Below, piece by piece: positions 12,832 to 27,138 of a stretch of DNA of 64,000 nt. Origin of the DNA: the human T2T-CHM13v2.0 reference genome, Homo sapiens. The stretch lies in the NCBI RefSeq assembly GCF_009914755.1, contig NC_060928.1; one strand, 5' to 3'. A model generated the notes under the pieces. The model saw only the letters and a program-made list of their open reading frames with translations, was not told the origin of the DNA and made no database searches. The translations under genes and the position numbers were made by a program. Within the stretch, counting starts at the first letter, position 1. Every line of letters begins with the position of its first letter.

Positions 12832-13284
12832 TGTCAGGCATCTGAGCCCAAGCCAGGCCATCGCATCCCCTGTGACTTGCACATATAAGCCCAGATGGCC
12901 TGAAGTAACTGAAGAATCACAAAAGAAGTGAATGTGCCCTGCCCCACCTTAACTGATGACATTCCACCACAAAAGAAGTGTAAATGGCCGGTCCTTGCCT
13001 TAAGTGATGACATTACCTTGTGAAAGTCCTTTTCCTGGCTCATCCTGGCTCAAAAAGCACCCCCACTGAGCACCTTGCGACCCCTACTCCTGCCCGCCAT
13101 AGAACAAACCCCCTTTGACTGTAATTTTCCTTTACCTGCCCAAATCCTATAAAATGGCCCCACCCTTATCTCCCTTTGCTGACTCTCTTTTCGGACTCAG
13201 CCTGCCTGCACCCAGATGAAATAAACAGCCATGTTGCTCACACAAAGCCCGTTTGGTGGTCTCTTCACATGGACGCGCATGAAA
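12832..13284 (+). mobile_element. 3' LTR7
   Basis: It is 453 bp with ~15 substitutions versus the 5' LTR by manual alignment, and has AATAAA at ~13220. Confidence 0.95.
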
Positions 13285-13423
13285 TCTAGGGCTTCCATTT
13301 TTTTTGGTAAGAAAATGGATTAAATATTATTTTTTCATAAATTTGCCAAATGCTTTTCTCTATGAAATTACGTATCAAGATCACTTTTGCTTTGTAGTTA
13401 AGTATATTGAGGACTTCAGTTAA

Positions 13424-13669
<246 letters not shown>

Positions 13670-13825
13670 TGTTTTTATAAAACAATTAAAGAAGTCAGAC
13701 AATTCACATTGTTATACTAGAACTATTGTTATGTAGGTTTGGTGGATTATTTACTAATAGTTTTACTATTGGTATTACTATTACTATTGGTAATTATAGG
13801 CTTTATATAAGAATATAAAATAATC

Positions 13826-14173
<348 letters not shown>

Positions 14174-16422
14174 TTAACACCCAATCACTTATTTCCTCAT
14201 TAATTTTATGAAGGAGTTAACTTAGAACTCAATTATATTACAGCATATGCTTTTATGATTAAGCAGGTGGTAATGCTTGGACTTCATGCTCAGTCTGTCA
14301 AAAAGAAACTTTCTCCTACAATGAGAAATTAATGTACTTTTAAGGCAACAGCAATTTGTTTATGGCCTTTTCATGCAAGGAAGACATCATTATAGGCTCC
14401 ATCAATACCAGCACAACTTTGATAGAACCTTCAGCATAATTAGTTTTGAACATATTGAAATTGATAAACAACTTTCCAAGTGTAATTATATTCTATATAT
14501 TTGCTCATTACATGTGTTGTGGAGGGAAGAATAAAAACTTCAATACGTTTCAAAGTAAGTTCTCTGATTATATAAAAATAAATGTTTGGGTATTTTCTTT
14601 CTCTTTATTGTATACGGGCATAGGAAACCATGTGTGTGTGTGTGTGTGTGCACGCGCGCACATGTGCTTTGGAAACTGACTCATAATTTCTAACACTTTG
14701 CAAGAAGACAGAAGTAGAAAAGAGAGGTAACAAATATAAATGAGAGGTAACAACCTTCAGCCATTTCTGAGATAGCTAGAACTTGAAGGAAAATAATGAA
14801 TCAACATGTTTAACAGAAGTTTGAGGGAGTATGGCATAGCATAATCCATTATTTTGCAGCCAGTTGTAAATATCCAAGTGGAAACATTAACAACGTATAC
14901 CACCATGAAACAAGATGATATTTAGTCATCCTTTTTATTTTTTTGATGAAAAGAAACACAGATGAATTGTTGGAGTGATAGAAACTTTTAAATCAAGGCC
15001 TCACCTGGTCGGCAAATCTGATGAACTATTCACTAGCCAACATGCTGCTATATGGAATTGGCAAGATAAAGGAGGGGATCAATTAAAAATAAGTTTTCAC
15101 AACTTCATTTGAACTGCGTATGTCAAGTGCCATATAACTACTATCAGGATAAAACGGTGTGCTTCACATGAACCATGCTAAAGAAAGACAATTTTCTTCT
15201 TCCATTAGAGGGTGGCTAGGGCAATACTTTTGACTAAAGGTGAAAAAGAAAAAAAAAGGCCTACGAACATAGTTATTCAATCAAAGAACTTTGAGTTTAT
15301 TTAATTTGGTAGCCATTGAATACTGCACAGGAGTTTCTGCTAAGTCTAGAGAGCATGACATTTTGGACCCAGGCCACAATTATACTAGCCATTTGTTGTT
15401 CACCTCTGGCTCTAGGGACTCAGCTATTTTCTTTTTCTCTTAAAGGGATATCACTATTCATTGAATTCCTTGCAATGCCTCTCCCCATGAAGACCTTTTG
15501 GTTAATAGCCTGCATTTTTCACAAACAGTTCCATTTATAATGGCCATTTGCTACGATATGTATGCTATTGGGGTATAGAAATTACAAAGGTCATGAAAAT
15601 CCAATAGAGGTTCCCCAGATTAATTATATGTATTAATATTATCCTCTTCTCATTTGGGCACTGACAAGTGTAAAATTGACTGATGTGTTTTCTCTTCTTT
15701 AATGTGTCATTTTTATTTTCAGAAGTCAGTATTGGAGACACAAAAGACTGCATGGAGCATTACACATCCAGGTGTAGCCGCATCCATAATAATGCATGCA
15801 TGAGCAATGCCCTAGGAATGCCCTTTGAAAATGATTAATAGAGATGCTATAGTTTAACTAGGTACTACAGAAAGAGCATGCAATATCTATTACATAAATT
15901 TAATTTTCATTTTGGGCTTTATTATTTGTCACTTTTTTCCTTGAGCATGAAGGATTGAAATAGACTGTGATATTTATAAATGTTTAACAGATCTTCCTTA
16001 TAGCATATCCTAGACCGTGTTTTAAATGAACAGCTCTTGGAATGAAGCCCCATCAAAATCCAGGGCTAAAATCAATCTGCCTGAGGTACTACATGAACAG
16101 AGTACAGTTGTTTTGGTGAGGCATGACAATATCTTTCCTGGCATTAGAGAGGCTCGGGTTGCAGCCACCCTGGGAAGAATACAACTGAGCTGCTATATCA
16201 ACTGTGTTTTCACCTTGCAAGATTCTGGATCAGATTCTGGCACAACTGTTCCTAAAATCACACTAGAGGATATGATATCCAGCTGAAACTAGTCATAAAG
16301 TCACTTCCTATTAGAGATCATTATAAAGACAACTAGAAACTATTGGCAGTAGTTTGGTACACACTGAACATTCTTCAGAGATATTTGTCAAAGTTTTCTG
16401 TATATCCTATGATTTGCAGTTC

Positions 16423-17228
16423 TTTTTCTTTTTAAAAAAAATATTTTATTTTAATTTCCAGGATACATATGCAGGACGTGCAGGTTTGCTACTCAGGGAA
16501 ATGTGTGCCATGGTGGTTTCCTGCATCTATCAACCCATCACCTAGGTATGAAGCCCCACATGCATTAGCTATTTATCCTGATGCTCTCCCTCTCACTGCC
16601 CTTCCCTGACATGCCACAGTATGTGTTGTTCGCCTCTTTGTGTCTATGTGTTCTCACTGTTCGGCTCCCACTTAAAAGTGAGAACATGTGACGTTTGATT
16701 TTTTTGTTCCTGTGTTCATTTGCTGAGGATAATTGCTTTGCACCTTAACCTTGTCCCTGAAAAGGACATGATCTCATTCCTTTTTATGGCCGCATAGTAT
16801 GCCATGGTGTATATTTACCACATTTTCGTTATCTAGTCTATCACTGATGCGTGTTTTGATTGATTCCATGTCTTTATTATTGGGAATAGTGCTGCAATGA
16901 ACATATATGTGCATATGTCTTTATAATAGAATAATTTATATTTCTTTGGATATATGCTCAGTAATAGGATTGCTGGGTCAAATGGTATGTCTGGTTCTAG
17001 GTCTTTGAGGAATTGCCACACTGTCTTCCACAATGGTAGAACTAACTTACATTCCCACCAATAGTGTAAAAGTGTTCCTATTTCTCTGCAACCTCACCAA
17101 CATCTGTTGTTTCTTAACTTCTTAATAATCATCATTCTGACTGGCATGAGATGGAATCTCATTGAGGTCTTGATTTGCATTTCTCTAGTGATCAGTGATG
17201 TTGAACTGTTTTTTCATGTTTGTTGGTT
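16423..17228 (-). mobile_element. L1PA (approx. L1PA8-11) 3' end
   Basis: Antisense 3' UTR plus the ORF2 C-terminus (WKTVWQFLKDLEPDIPFDPAI, ORF 16833-17033). Confidence 0.9.
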
Positions 17229-17716
17229 CAGAATTTCCTTAAATTGATAAGCAACATCAGCAAAGTCTTAGGATACAAAATCAATGTGCAGAAATCAAAA
17301 ACATTCCTATACTCCAACAATAGACAAGCAGAGAGCCAAATCATGAATGAACTCCTATTCACAATTGCTACAAAGAGAATAAAGTACCCATAAATACAGC
17401 TAAAAAGGGAAATGAAGTTCTCCTTTTAGAGAACTACAAACCACTGCTCAAAGAAATCAGAGAGAACACAAACAAATGAAAAAACAGTCCATGCTCATAG
17501 ATAGGAAGAATCAATATTGTGAAAATGGCCATACCATCCAAAGTAATTTATAGATTCAATGCTATTGCCATTAAATTACCATTGACATTCTTTACAGAAT
17601 TAGAAAAACCACTTTAAAATTCACATGGAACCCAAAAGGAGCCCATACAGCCACGACAATCCTAAGCAAAAAGAACAAAGCTGGAGGCATGATGATGCCC
17701 GACTTCAAACTATACT
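17229..17716 (+). mobile_element. Inverted ORF2 segment of the same L1 (5' inversion)
   Basis: Sense L1 ORF2 sequence (CCTTAAATTGATAAGCAAC...GACTTCAAACTATACT) directly abuts the antisense 3' piece. Confidence 0.88.
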
Positions 17717-17755
17717 GCAATTTCCCCCCTATCCAAAAAAAAAAAAAAGGTATTA

Positions 17756-18091
<336 letters not shown>

Positions 18092-18176
18092 CTAGCAAAA
18101 AAGGAAGAGATAGGTCTTGTAAAGCCATGTTGAAATTGGATGCTGGGTGAACGGCTAGGTTTCCTTACCAGCCAAG

Positions 18177-18571
18177 TGTCTTAGTCAGTTTGTGCTGCTA
18201 TAAAGGGTGAGGGTGAGTAATTTATAAAGGAAAGAGGTTTATCTGGCTCACATTCTGCAGGCTGTACAAGAAACATGGTGCCAGCATCTCCTGGTGAGAA
18301 AGTCAGATTGCTTCTACTCATGGTGGAGAGGGAAGGAAAGAAGTGCGGGCAGAAATCACACGGCAGGGAAGAAACAAGAGAGAGGGAAGGAGGTGCCAGA
18401 CTTTTTTCAACAACCACTTCTTGTCGCTCCTACAAGAATCTCACCAAGTCATTGATGAGGGATCCACCCCATGACCCAAACACCCCCAAGCATCCCCCAC
18501 CACCAACACTGGAGATCAAATTTCAACATGAGACTTGACAGAGCCAAACAGACCATGTTTAAAGCATAGCA
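18177..18571 (-). mobile_element. MaLR solo LTR (MSTB-like)
   Basis: It has TGTCTTAGTC...ATAGCA termini and a 5-bp TSD CCAAG (18172-18176 and 18572-18576). Confidence 0.88.
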
Positions 18572-19770
18572 CCAAGAAAGCAGTTTATTCTCACTTGCCT
18601 AGAGTAGGAGTGATTCAAGTTAAAAATGCATTTGTGGCCCTGGAACACTTCAAGTGTATTAAATGCCAAGTGTATGTGGTAATTAACGTAAAATATAATG
18701 TAATGTAACTTACTTATACTTATTAATTGACTTCTGTTTCTCCTCACTATAAATTGTCAGCGTGCAGTTTTACTTCAAATAATAATCCTTCTAGGTATAC
18801 CCAATAAAAAATAATACCCAGATGACTCACATGAAAACAAAAATTTATTCAAATTACCTCAAATTTTAGAAAATAAACTAAGATTGACATAGTCACCCAT
18901 TGCTCTTGTAATTATGAGGTTGACACCAAATACACATTAATCAATCAAATAAAGAGTCTCAATAGTCCGAGATTCACGTGACCAACTGAACCAACCTTGT
19001 ACAAAATCATTCATTTTTTTTCTTTTGCCAAACGTAACATATACACAATCTATTTTGCTATCGTTTAATTTTATAAGAAGAAAGTAAGGTCCAAATTAGA
19101 GGCTTCTTTTGGTTAAGTTTTCCACAAACATGTCTTACAGTAAAGGGCATTTTCCCTTTATCTTTTAGCTATATTTCTCCAGATGATCAAATTAGTTGTG
19201 AAAAAGTATTGGTTGTTTGGAGTGAAAATGATGAGCACCGGAAACACATTATCCTAAAAGAGAGAAATGTTTAATATTTACATTTCATAGCAAGAAATAT
19301 TGTACCTGGCTAAAATAAACTGAGAAGTAGTTTACCAATAATGGTCTATTGTCATACTAATATTTACTTATATGATAAAATAAGAGTTCTTAAATTTTTT
19401 ACAAATGTGACATGATTTGTCACATATTTATTTATACTCCTTAGAACTATTTGAGAATGTGAAATTGTTTTGTCCATACTTCTAATAGTTCCACATCTAT
19501 TTTTTCATCCCCCCAAAATAATAAATTGTTTTTAAATTACAAGAATGCTTTTTAAAAAAAATTATGTTTTTTCTTTTAAATCTAGTAAGTTCTAAATTAC
19601 ACTTTAATGCAACCTCTGGTAAGCTCTAAAACAGATTTATAGTCTGTAATTATTGTCTTTATTTCCACTCCAGTACTTCTACATCTTACCCCCATGGGGC
19701 TAAAAAGAATATTGAAACTTAGCACTATTTAACATACCAATTAAAAAGACACATTAAAAATTATAATTAT

Positions 19771-20079
<309 letters not shown>

Positions 20080-20451
20080 GAATTACAGTGAAATTACATT
20101 AAGAATTTTCTGTAAATAACCACTCTTTTGGATAAGACATTGTGGATAATCGATGTTTTGAAAAGGTTAGCCTTTAAATAGGAATTACATTTTAAGAGAG
20201 AACATTTATGAGAGCTCAAGAGCAAGTTGATATTGGACTGCATTGAGCTGATGATGTTTCTTAAGTTTGTGCTTTAGTTTCTACATTGATATCGCTGGTG
20301 ACCTTTAGAGATCACCTTATTTCTCTGGACTAGCTATTTCCTAACAGAGAAAACGGGAATAACAATTTCTATATTCCCATCTTAAAAATATGATAGATCT
20401 AAAATAGTGGCTGGTTTCTTGATTTTACTTTTCTTCATTTCCCTCTTCTTA

Positions 20452-20700
20452 ATAATAACTATTATTCAGTGCTGACTACGTGGCTAGGCATTGTTTTAAG
20501 TGCTTTCATAAGTATTAAAATTTGTAATCCTCTGCCACATGTGCTAAGGTGAGAATTAATCTCATACCTATTTCACTGATGAGAAAACTAAGCCATGGAG
20601 ATGTCAAGTAACTTGCCTAAAGTCATGCAGTCCATGAATGCCAGAGCCAGGATTCAGACCTGGTAGACCGTACTGTCCGTGGCTTTTACCACTATACTTA
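20452..20700 (-). mobile_element. MIR
   Basis: It contains the MIR core (GATGAGAAAACTAAG...AAGTAACTTGCCTAAAGTCA...CAGAGCCAGGATTCAGACC). Confidence 0.8.
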
Positions 20701-23700
20701 CTGTCTTTTTATTTTTTTATTGCAGCTAAATTTTTTGAGCTAGGTCTATTACTAGAATTTCCACTGAAGCACTATTATAGCCTTATGAATTAAATCCTAA
20801 CACGACTATTACTTTACAAATGAAGAAAACCAGTTACAGCAAAGTTCATTATTTGCCCAATGTCGCAAAGCACTATCAGATTGAGCTCAGAGATTTGACT
20901 CCAGCAGTTGCATTTCCTGTACTGCTATACAAATACATTTCATTACACAGCAGAATTAACTTGTTTATGCTCTACTTCACTTTACAACAATTTGAGATGG
21001 CTTCAAAACATGTTACATGTTGTTTAAGAAGAAGACATTAGTTTTGGACAGTTGTTGCAAATTTAAATGTGGAAGTAGCATGACATGGTTAAATAACCAG
21101 TGGAACTGAGAGACACGGGTAAAGATACAGCACTGTCACTGTTCCATCCCAACTGCCTATAAACTGATGGCTGTGACACCTGCCCTGTCAAGAACCATAC
21201 ATGTGACTTCAACTCACAGTCAGTTGGCCAGAACTAGTTACATGGCCTCAATTTGACTGTGAGGAAAAAAGGAAGATATCACATGTGTCCAGAAAGAAGA
21301 GAAGAACCAGGAATGATGAGTATTAGTGATTTCTAGGATACTTTATCTCTAATATAAGAAAAAATAACAACCAAATCTTAGCCGATTGCATGAATTTAAT
21401 GTATATGACATTTCATGTGTGGTACATATATTAAGTTGACATAAACCCTAGTTCATGTTTCTCTTGAAATGTACCTATTCTAAAATGAATAATTACTTAG
21501 GGAAGCCAACTAGTTAAGATACTTAGGTTTGAAGTTTATTTTTTCACTTCTTCATATGACTTTTTCTATGCCTCATAAGCTTCTATAAGTAACAAAAATA
21601 ATTACATTTATTTGGTATTTACTATGTTCTGGACACCATGTATTAACTCATTTCATCCTCACACTGACTGTATGATGTGAGCACGATTTATTATGTCTAT
21701 TTAGTATATGAGAGTACTATCGACTGGATCATTTGTTTGAATTAATGTGAATAAAGCTGTAAAAAGAGAAGATAATTCTGACAGCTCATCTTGAAAACTT
21801 CAGTAATACCGCTGTTGTTAACCTATTTTAAAAATCTAAAAAAAAGTTAGCATTTAGTGGATATTTACTACAGGATAAACACAGTGCTCCTGCTTTAAAT
21901 TTGTGTTGCATGTAACCTGCACATAAATTCTCCAGGATAAATACGTTAAGCTACATTTGACAGATGAAAAATATAAGGCATATGGACTCCAAACCTAGGA
22001 ATATATGTATTTGTATACTTAAGAATGAATGGGATGTTTGATCATTAAAATATATTAAAATTGTATTCCCCAAGGATATCTTCGAAAGAGTTGAATATGG
22101 ATGTGATGGTGTTTATTGGTTGTTGCAATTTTTAAAAATTTTTCCACCTACAATGGCTTACTTTGCCATTTTAAATCATGTTGAACCATAAATTCATTTA
22201 TCTTAATTTTACTTGCTGAGCTTTTAACCGAGACATAGAAATTAGGTAAAGATATTAAGTAGAACAATGACAGCAGATATTCATACACAATTGAGGAGAG
22301 AAAATAATTACTATTCAAAAGGGCTATTCTGATTTGTCTTGCCCCAGGAGGGATGACATATATATTGTATACAACGAAAGCTTAAGATGTTCTCTTTGAA
22401 GTGTTCATTGACTTAGTCATTAATAAAAGTTTCATGAAGCCAAGTTATAATTCATGAAGTACTTTTAAAACACAGAATTAAACAGTTGATACCATTTTCT
22501 ATAAAAATGTGTACTAGAAAGAATGAAAATGTCACCTTTCATTATGTTAACCTTAATATCAGCTATTAGGTTTAAAATAATGTCAAATAGAATAAGCTAC
22601 AAGGAGCTCATATGATCATTTATTTATACCTTCATGCCACTTTAAATATTCTAGATTTTTAAATTTTCTTACTTCACCTGAGCAATGTATGATATGGTCT
22701 AGTACTTTTTATTCATCATGAACAAAAGAGAAATAAATGTGAATCAATGTACTGAATATTTCAAATTTAAAGAAAACACTGGACTAATCGTGTGTGCACA
22801 CATGTGTTTGTGTGTGCATATGTGCACACTTGTGTCAGGCAGAACAAGCACATTACTTATGATGGCTGTATTCGGTGTGGCTCATTCTCCACCTTCCCCC
22901 CAGCTATTAGGAATCTCTAAAAATAGACTGTGTATGGAGCCCTTAATAATCTATTGCATATAGCCAACACCAATGCTTCATTAATTTTATATAAAACAAA
23001 TCATCAAAGTGTTTGTTACAAAATGTGTATTTATTCATGCAATTCTGTAAATATGCTCTAAATAAACTGTCACTAGCCTATAAGGATCAATGCTTATGAC
23101 TTACTTTTCACATCATTAGTTTCATGTAAAATAAAAATACTGTAAAAATGTATACAGAGAATAAAGTACTCTTAGCAGCTGTTTTATTAATTAGAAAATT
23201 TTTGCTAATAATTTTGATATTTTGGTTTGATAGATTTTTTCTATTAAATGATTGGCAGAAATACAGAGTTTGAATTATTGATCATTTTGATCAATATTAA
23301 AATGTTTCATGTTTATTTTAAACTTAGGTTTTTTTCCCCAATAGTATTAGGCAGAATTACCATCCCCTATATGTACAAAAATAAAGCATCATTAATTTCC
23401 ATACTAGATTTTGGCATAAAAGGAACACTTGCTATTTTATTTGTATATTTCTTCTACTCATTTTCTCTAATGTTTCAATTTTCAATTTGCTGTGATTCCG
23501 AATGTCTTGTAGTTTTTGAGTTGCATGTGTGCTTTCTAAATAACACAGATGAGAAAAATAAGACACTATTATAGACTGTATTGTATGACTTTATACCTAT
23601 GAATCAGATTTCAATTTAAGAAAGAACAAACTGTTGAGATACTTGGATTCTTTTTAATTAAAATATTAAGATTTTGGGTTTCTATCAAGGACTCTCGTTG

Positions 23701-24607
23701 GGGGTTCAACATACCTCGTTTTTTATTCAAATTAAATCTAGTAAATATCTTTCTTTGATTTATTCCAATGGAGATTATAACTATATTGCATTATGGGCTA
23801 GGAATAATGTATTGCTTGTCTTTACACTTCATAATTATTTTGTTCATTAATGAATAGTGTCTAGAATACTGTTTGATTTACAGTAGCTGTCCAATATTTA
23901 TATTTTGGGGGATAAATGTATAGGTATAATTGTATTGTGTCAAAATATTTAAAATGAATTAAATGATTATGAAAAGACCTAATATACATTACAAGTAGAA
24001 TTTTTATACACACACACACACACACAAATATATATATTGTATACAAATAATTTACATAAAGTTTTATAGTGTAATCTATTTTTATTTTCTATTTGCTATT
24101 GATTTAATTGCTTTCTTGGGAGTCTCAGAGACACTTCTTTAAAAAAAGCCTAACTTCAACATTACTATATTTGTTACTTTAAATTCATTTGCTAAACCTC
24201 TGTATAGAATTTGTTTTTGTCTCTTCCCAACCAGTTATATTTATATACATTTGTTAAATAGACAAGGCTGACTACTCTTCAAAATGCTGTTGCTATAGAA
24301 ATTTAGCCAAATATGTTAAGTATGACACCATAAAAATGGGTTTTAAAATACAGCCTTGACAAAAATATGATCCATTTTACAATATTATGACAAATGAAAC
24401 AAAATAAACCACCACCAACAAAATTTTTTTTAACGTACATTGACAAATAATATTCAAGATTCCAAGAGCGCTAATTTTGAAATTCTAAAATTTCAGGGAC
24501 CTCCCCTAGCTAGTTTGTGATGCATTCATTTTAAAAATCAAGGACTCGATTGAGAAGGCTTCATGCTACTATGTGTACTCTGGAAAGACCATTGAGGAAC
24601 AGTTCAA

Positions 24608-26144
24608 TTTGGTTACAAGATTCTTTATTTTGTAAACTATACATAAACAGTAAAAAAGAAAATGCATTATACTTTATTATGTAAAGTCAACATTAAATTT
24701 TGTATTGAGTGTGTATAAATTAAATGGAAATAATTAATCAATTTTGCTTTCAATGAATTGTATACTGGGAAACCAGTTTACCCACTGTTGAAATTAAAGA
24801 TACCAATACGTAACATTCAACAGGTTTTTCCATTTTTATTATGGGCACAAAACCATTGGTATGATATAGTTAAAAGTGATGGTGTGCCAAAATGTCTACA
24901 CAATTAATTAACATGCTAACTTAAATACAGCGGTTAAAGTAATTTTTGCTACAGTTAAATCTTAAATGCTACTCTACACAATAATCATAAACAAGTCCAC
25001 ATGGCAATTATGTAACAATAGAAAAAAAGAAAGAAACGTATCCCATTTTCTTCATTCCAGCAGCAATACCTTTACTGATATTAATCTGTTAATTAGGTGT
25101 GCTTATATATTGCGTAATATACTATATTGGTATGCATGCTAAAATCTTTCTATCTCTATTTTTGCAAGGCACCATACAATAAGTTCTCTAAGTTTCCACA
25201 CTACTAACAAAAATAACATAATTCTAAGATTAAATGCAAACTTTTACCTAAAATGGGAAATAAAATGAAAATTAAGAATTTAAAATTTGATCTTGGGGCA
25301 AATGACAAACTTTGTAAAAATATGGTTTAAATGAATCTTTCCCTTTGTCTTCCTAATTTAAATTCTGCTCCCTAAGTTGCTGGTCAGAAAGATAAAGAAA
25401 TCTAGAAAGGCAAACAAATCATGTTATTAAAGAATCTTTTAAAAAATCTGCATGAGACTGCCATCCAAATTAAAATACACATTGGGGAGAACAACTAAAT
25501 TTTTAACTTTCAGAATCCATGGTTTTCCATACTTGCCATTTTGTAAAATGTCCTATTAGATCCAGAATAATTTCATAGGTAAAAACACCACTATTAATGT
25601 AAACACAATTGAGGACTCTACAATTGTCACTTTGTTTTTCTTGCCATGTGGTATCTCTCTGTTATCCTGACTCATCTAGGTCTAGCAAGATGCTACTTTG
25701 GAAATGCAATTAAAGCATGCATATTTTTCCTAAATCCTTAAGACCCAGGTCATTAAAAATTTATTTATTTTAAATTTCACTTAGAATTATCTTTCAAAAA
25801 ATTAACATGTACGATCCCAAGCACTAGCTGTCATTTTGCTTATGGAAGATTTACAAAGTTTGTTCTCGTGAAAAATTTATTATAGTAGCACTTCAAAACT
25901 TTATTTTGTCTGACTAGACTGCATATGTATTTTCTTTTTGTGTAAGGAATATAAAAACTCAAAGCAAATGATTCTTATTTAAACATAAAGTTCTATAACT
26001 TTAGCTGCAATTTTTCAAATAATTATACAAAATATATGTGAGGTTTAGAATCATTTTGTTATTGGGGAAGAAGATAATTTTAAATAGGCTATCATTTTTG
26101 TAAATATTAGAAATGTAGAATTTATTGATTTCAACTGTCATCAA
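24608..26144 (-). other. SPOCK3: SPOCK3 3' UTR (end approximate)
   Basis: Repeat-free AT-rich sequence follows the stop codon and ends near an AATAAA at 24624-24629. The cleavage site is inferred. Confidence 0.65.
24624..24629 (-). terminator. SPOCK3: Likely distal polyadenylation signal AATAAA of SPOCK3
   Basis: TTTATT on + with U-rich upstream sequence on the mRNA strand. Other AATAAA candidates lie at ~24673, ~24835 and 26121. Confidence 0.6.
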
Positions 26145-26314
26145 TCAAATGTATACATCATGGTCATCACCACCATCATCATCATCCCCTTCATCTTCAT
26201 CATCATCTTCAATTTCATCTTCATCATTCATAATATCGTCTTCATCATCCTCATCATCAGTCCATTCATGAAAATCGCCACTAGCAAAATCTCCGGAGAT
26301 CTCAAAATCTATAG
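26145..26314 (-). CDS. SPOCK3: Testican-3 terminal coding exon: (A)IDFEISGDFASGDFHEWTDDEDD...DDHDVYI*; two SGD glycosaminoglycan sites and an acidic tail
   Basis: The acceptor is TTTCACTTGTTTTAAG| in phase 1, and the frame is open to TGA at 26145-26147. The ORF track misses it. Confidence 0.96.
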
Positions 26315-26644
26315 CTTAAAACAAGTGAAAGTAAACATAACCTTTATTTGACTGAATACTGTCAATTTCTGCAAGATAAAATCCTTATAAAAATTAAGAA
26401 TATTTTTTAGAAAGTAATTTGTTTTCTATCTTATTTATCAAAGATAATGAAAGATCCATTTTCTGGAAAATTATCACATGTTAAAAATCTATCATTTGTT
26501 AAAATGTATGTGCTAAAAGCAGAATCATTATTGAGGTATGTTATGCAAGATTTCCAGTCCAGTAATATTGATCTCATCCCAGTTGTTATAGAAATTCATG
26601 TCAGACTGTGCATTTTGCAAAGAATTCAAAATTTCTTCTACAAG

Positions 26645-27138
26645 TGTGGCAGAAAAATTGCCCTACCAAAGATATTCATTTCCTAATCTCCAGAATCTAT
26701 AATGTTACCTTAACATGAAAAAGTGACTTTGCAAATATGGTTAAGTAAAGGAATTTGAATTGGAGAGATTATCCTGAATTACCCAGGTGGATCCAAATTG
26801 TCACTTAGGTTCTTAAAATAAAAAAAAAAATGTTTTCCAGATAGAGTGGGAAGGAGCTATGACTACAGAAGAATGATCAGAGATGCAGTGTTGTCGGCTT
26901 AAGTTTAGAGGAAAGAGTCCATGAACCAAGGGATGAGAGCTACCTCTAAGAGGTGAAAAGGGCAAGGAAACAGATTTTCCTCTAAAGCTTCCAGAGAGGA
27001 GCACCATCCTGCTGACATCTGGATGTTGAGCTTAGTGAGACCTGTGTTGATCTTCTGAGGCACAGAAATGTAGGATAAATGTGTGTTGTTTAAGCCACTG
27101 AGTGGGAATTTGTTACTAAAGCAACAGAAAACTAATAT
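26645..27138 (+). mobile_element. MaLR LTR (MLT1D-like)
   Basis: TGTGGCAG...GAGATTATCCTGAATTACCCAGGTGG...GGCAAGGAAACAGATTTTCC...GCAACAGAAAACTAATA. Confidence 0.8.

Larger units (their letters stand above)
7353..13284 (+). mobile_element. HERV-H provirus (common env-deleted ~5.9 kb form) with two LTR7 LTRs
   Basis: It has 453-bp direct LTRs, a 5-bp TSD TCTAG (7348-7352 and 13285-13289), a tRNA-His PBS, a PPT at 12819-12831 and gag/pro/pol remnants. Confidence 0.97.

Noticed and set aside
14760-16400. Apparently repeat-free, higher-complexity stretch as a possible enhancer or exon
   Set aside because: There is no recognisable ORF, splice pair or motif cluster. Conservation or chromatin data would be needed.
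26160-26351. Ile-rich hydrophobic 63-aa + strand ORF
   Set aside because: It is the antisense shadow of the GAT/GAA-rich acidic tail exon of SPOCK3.
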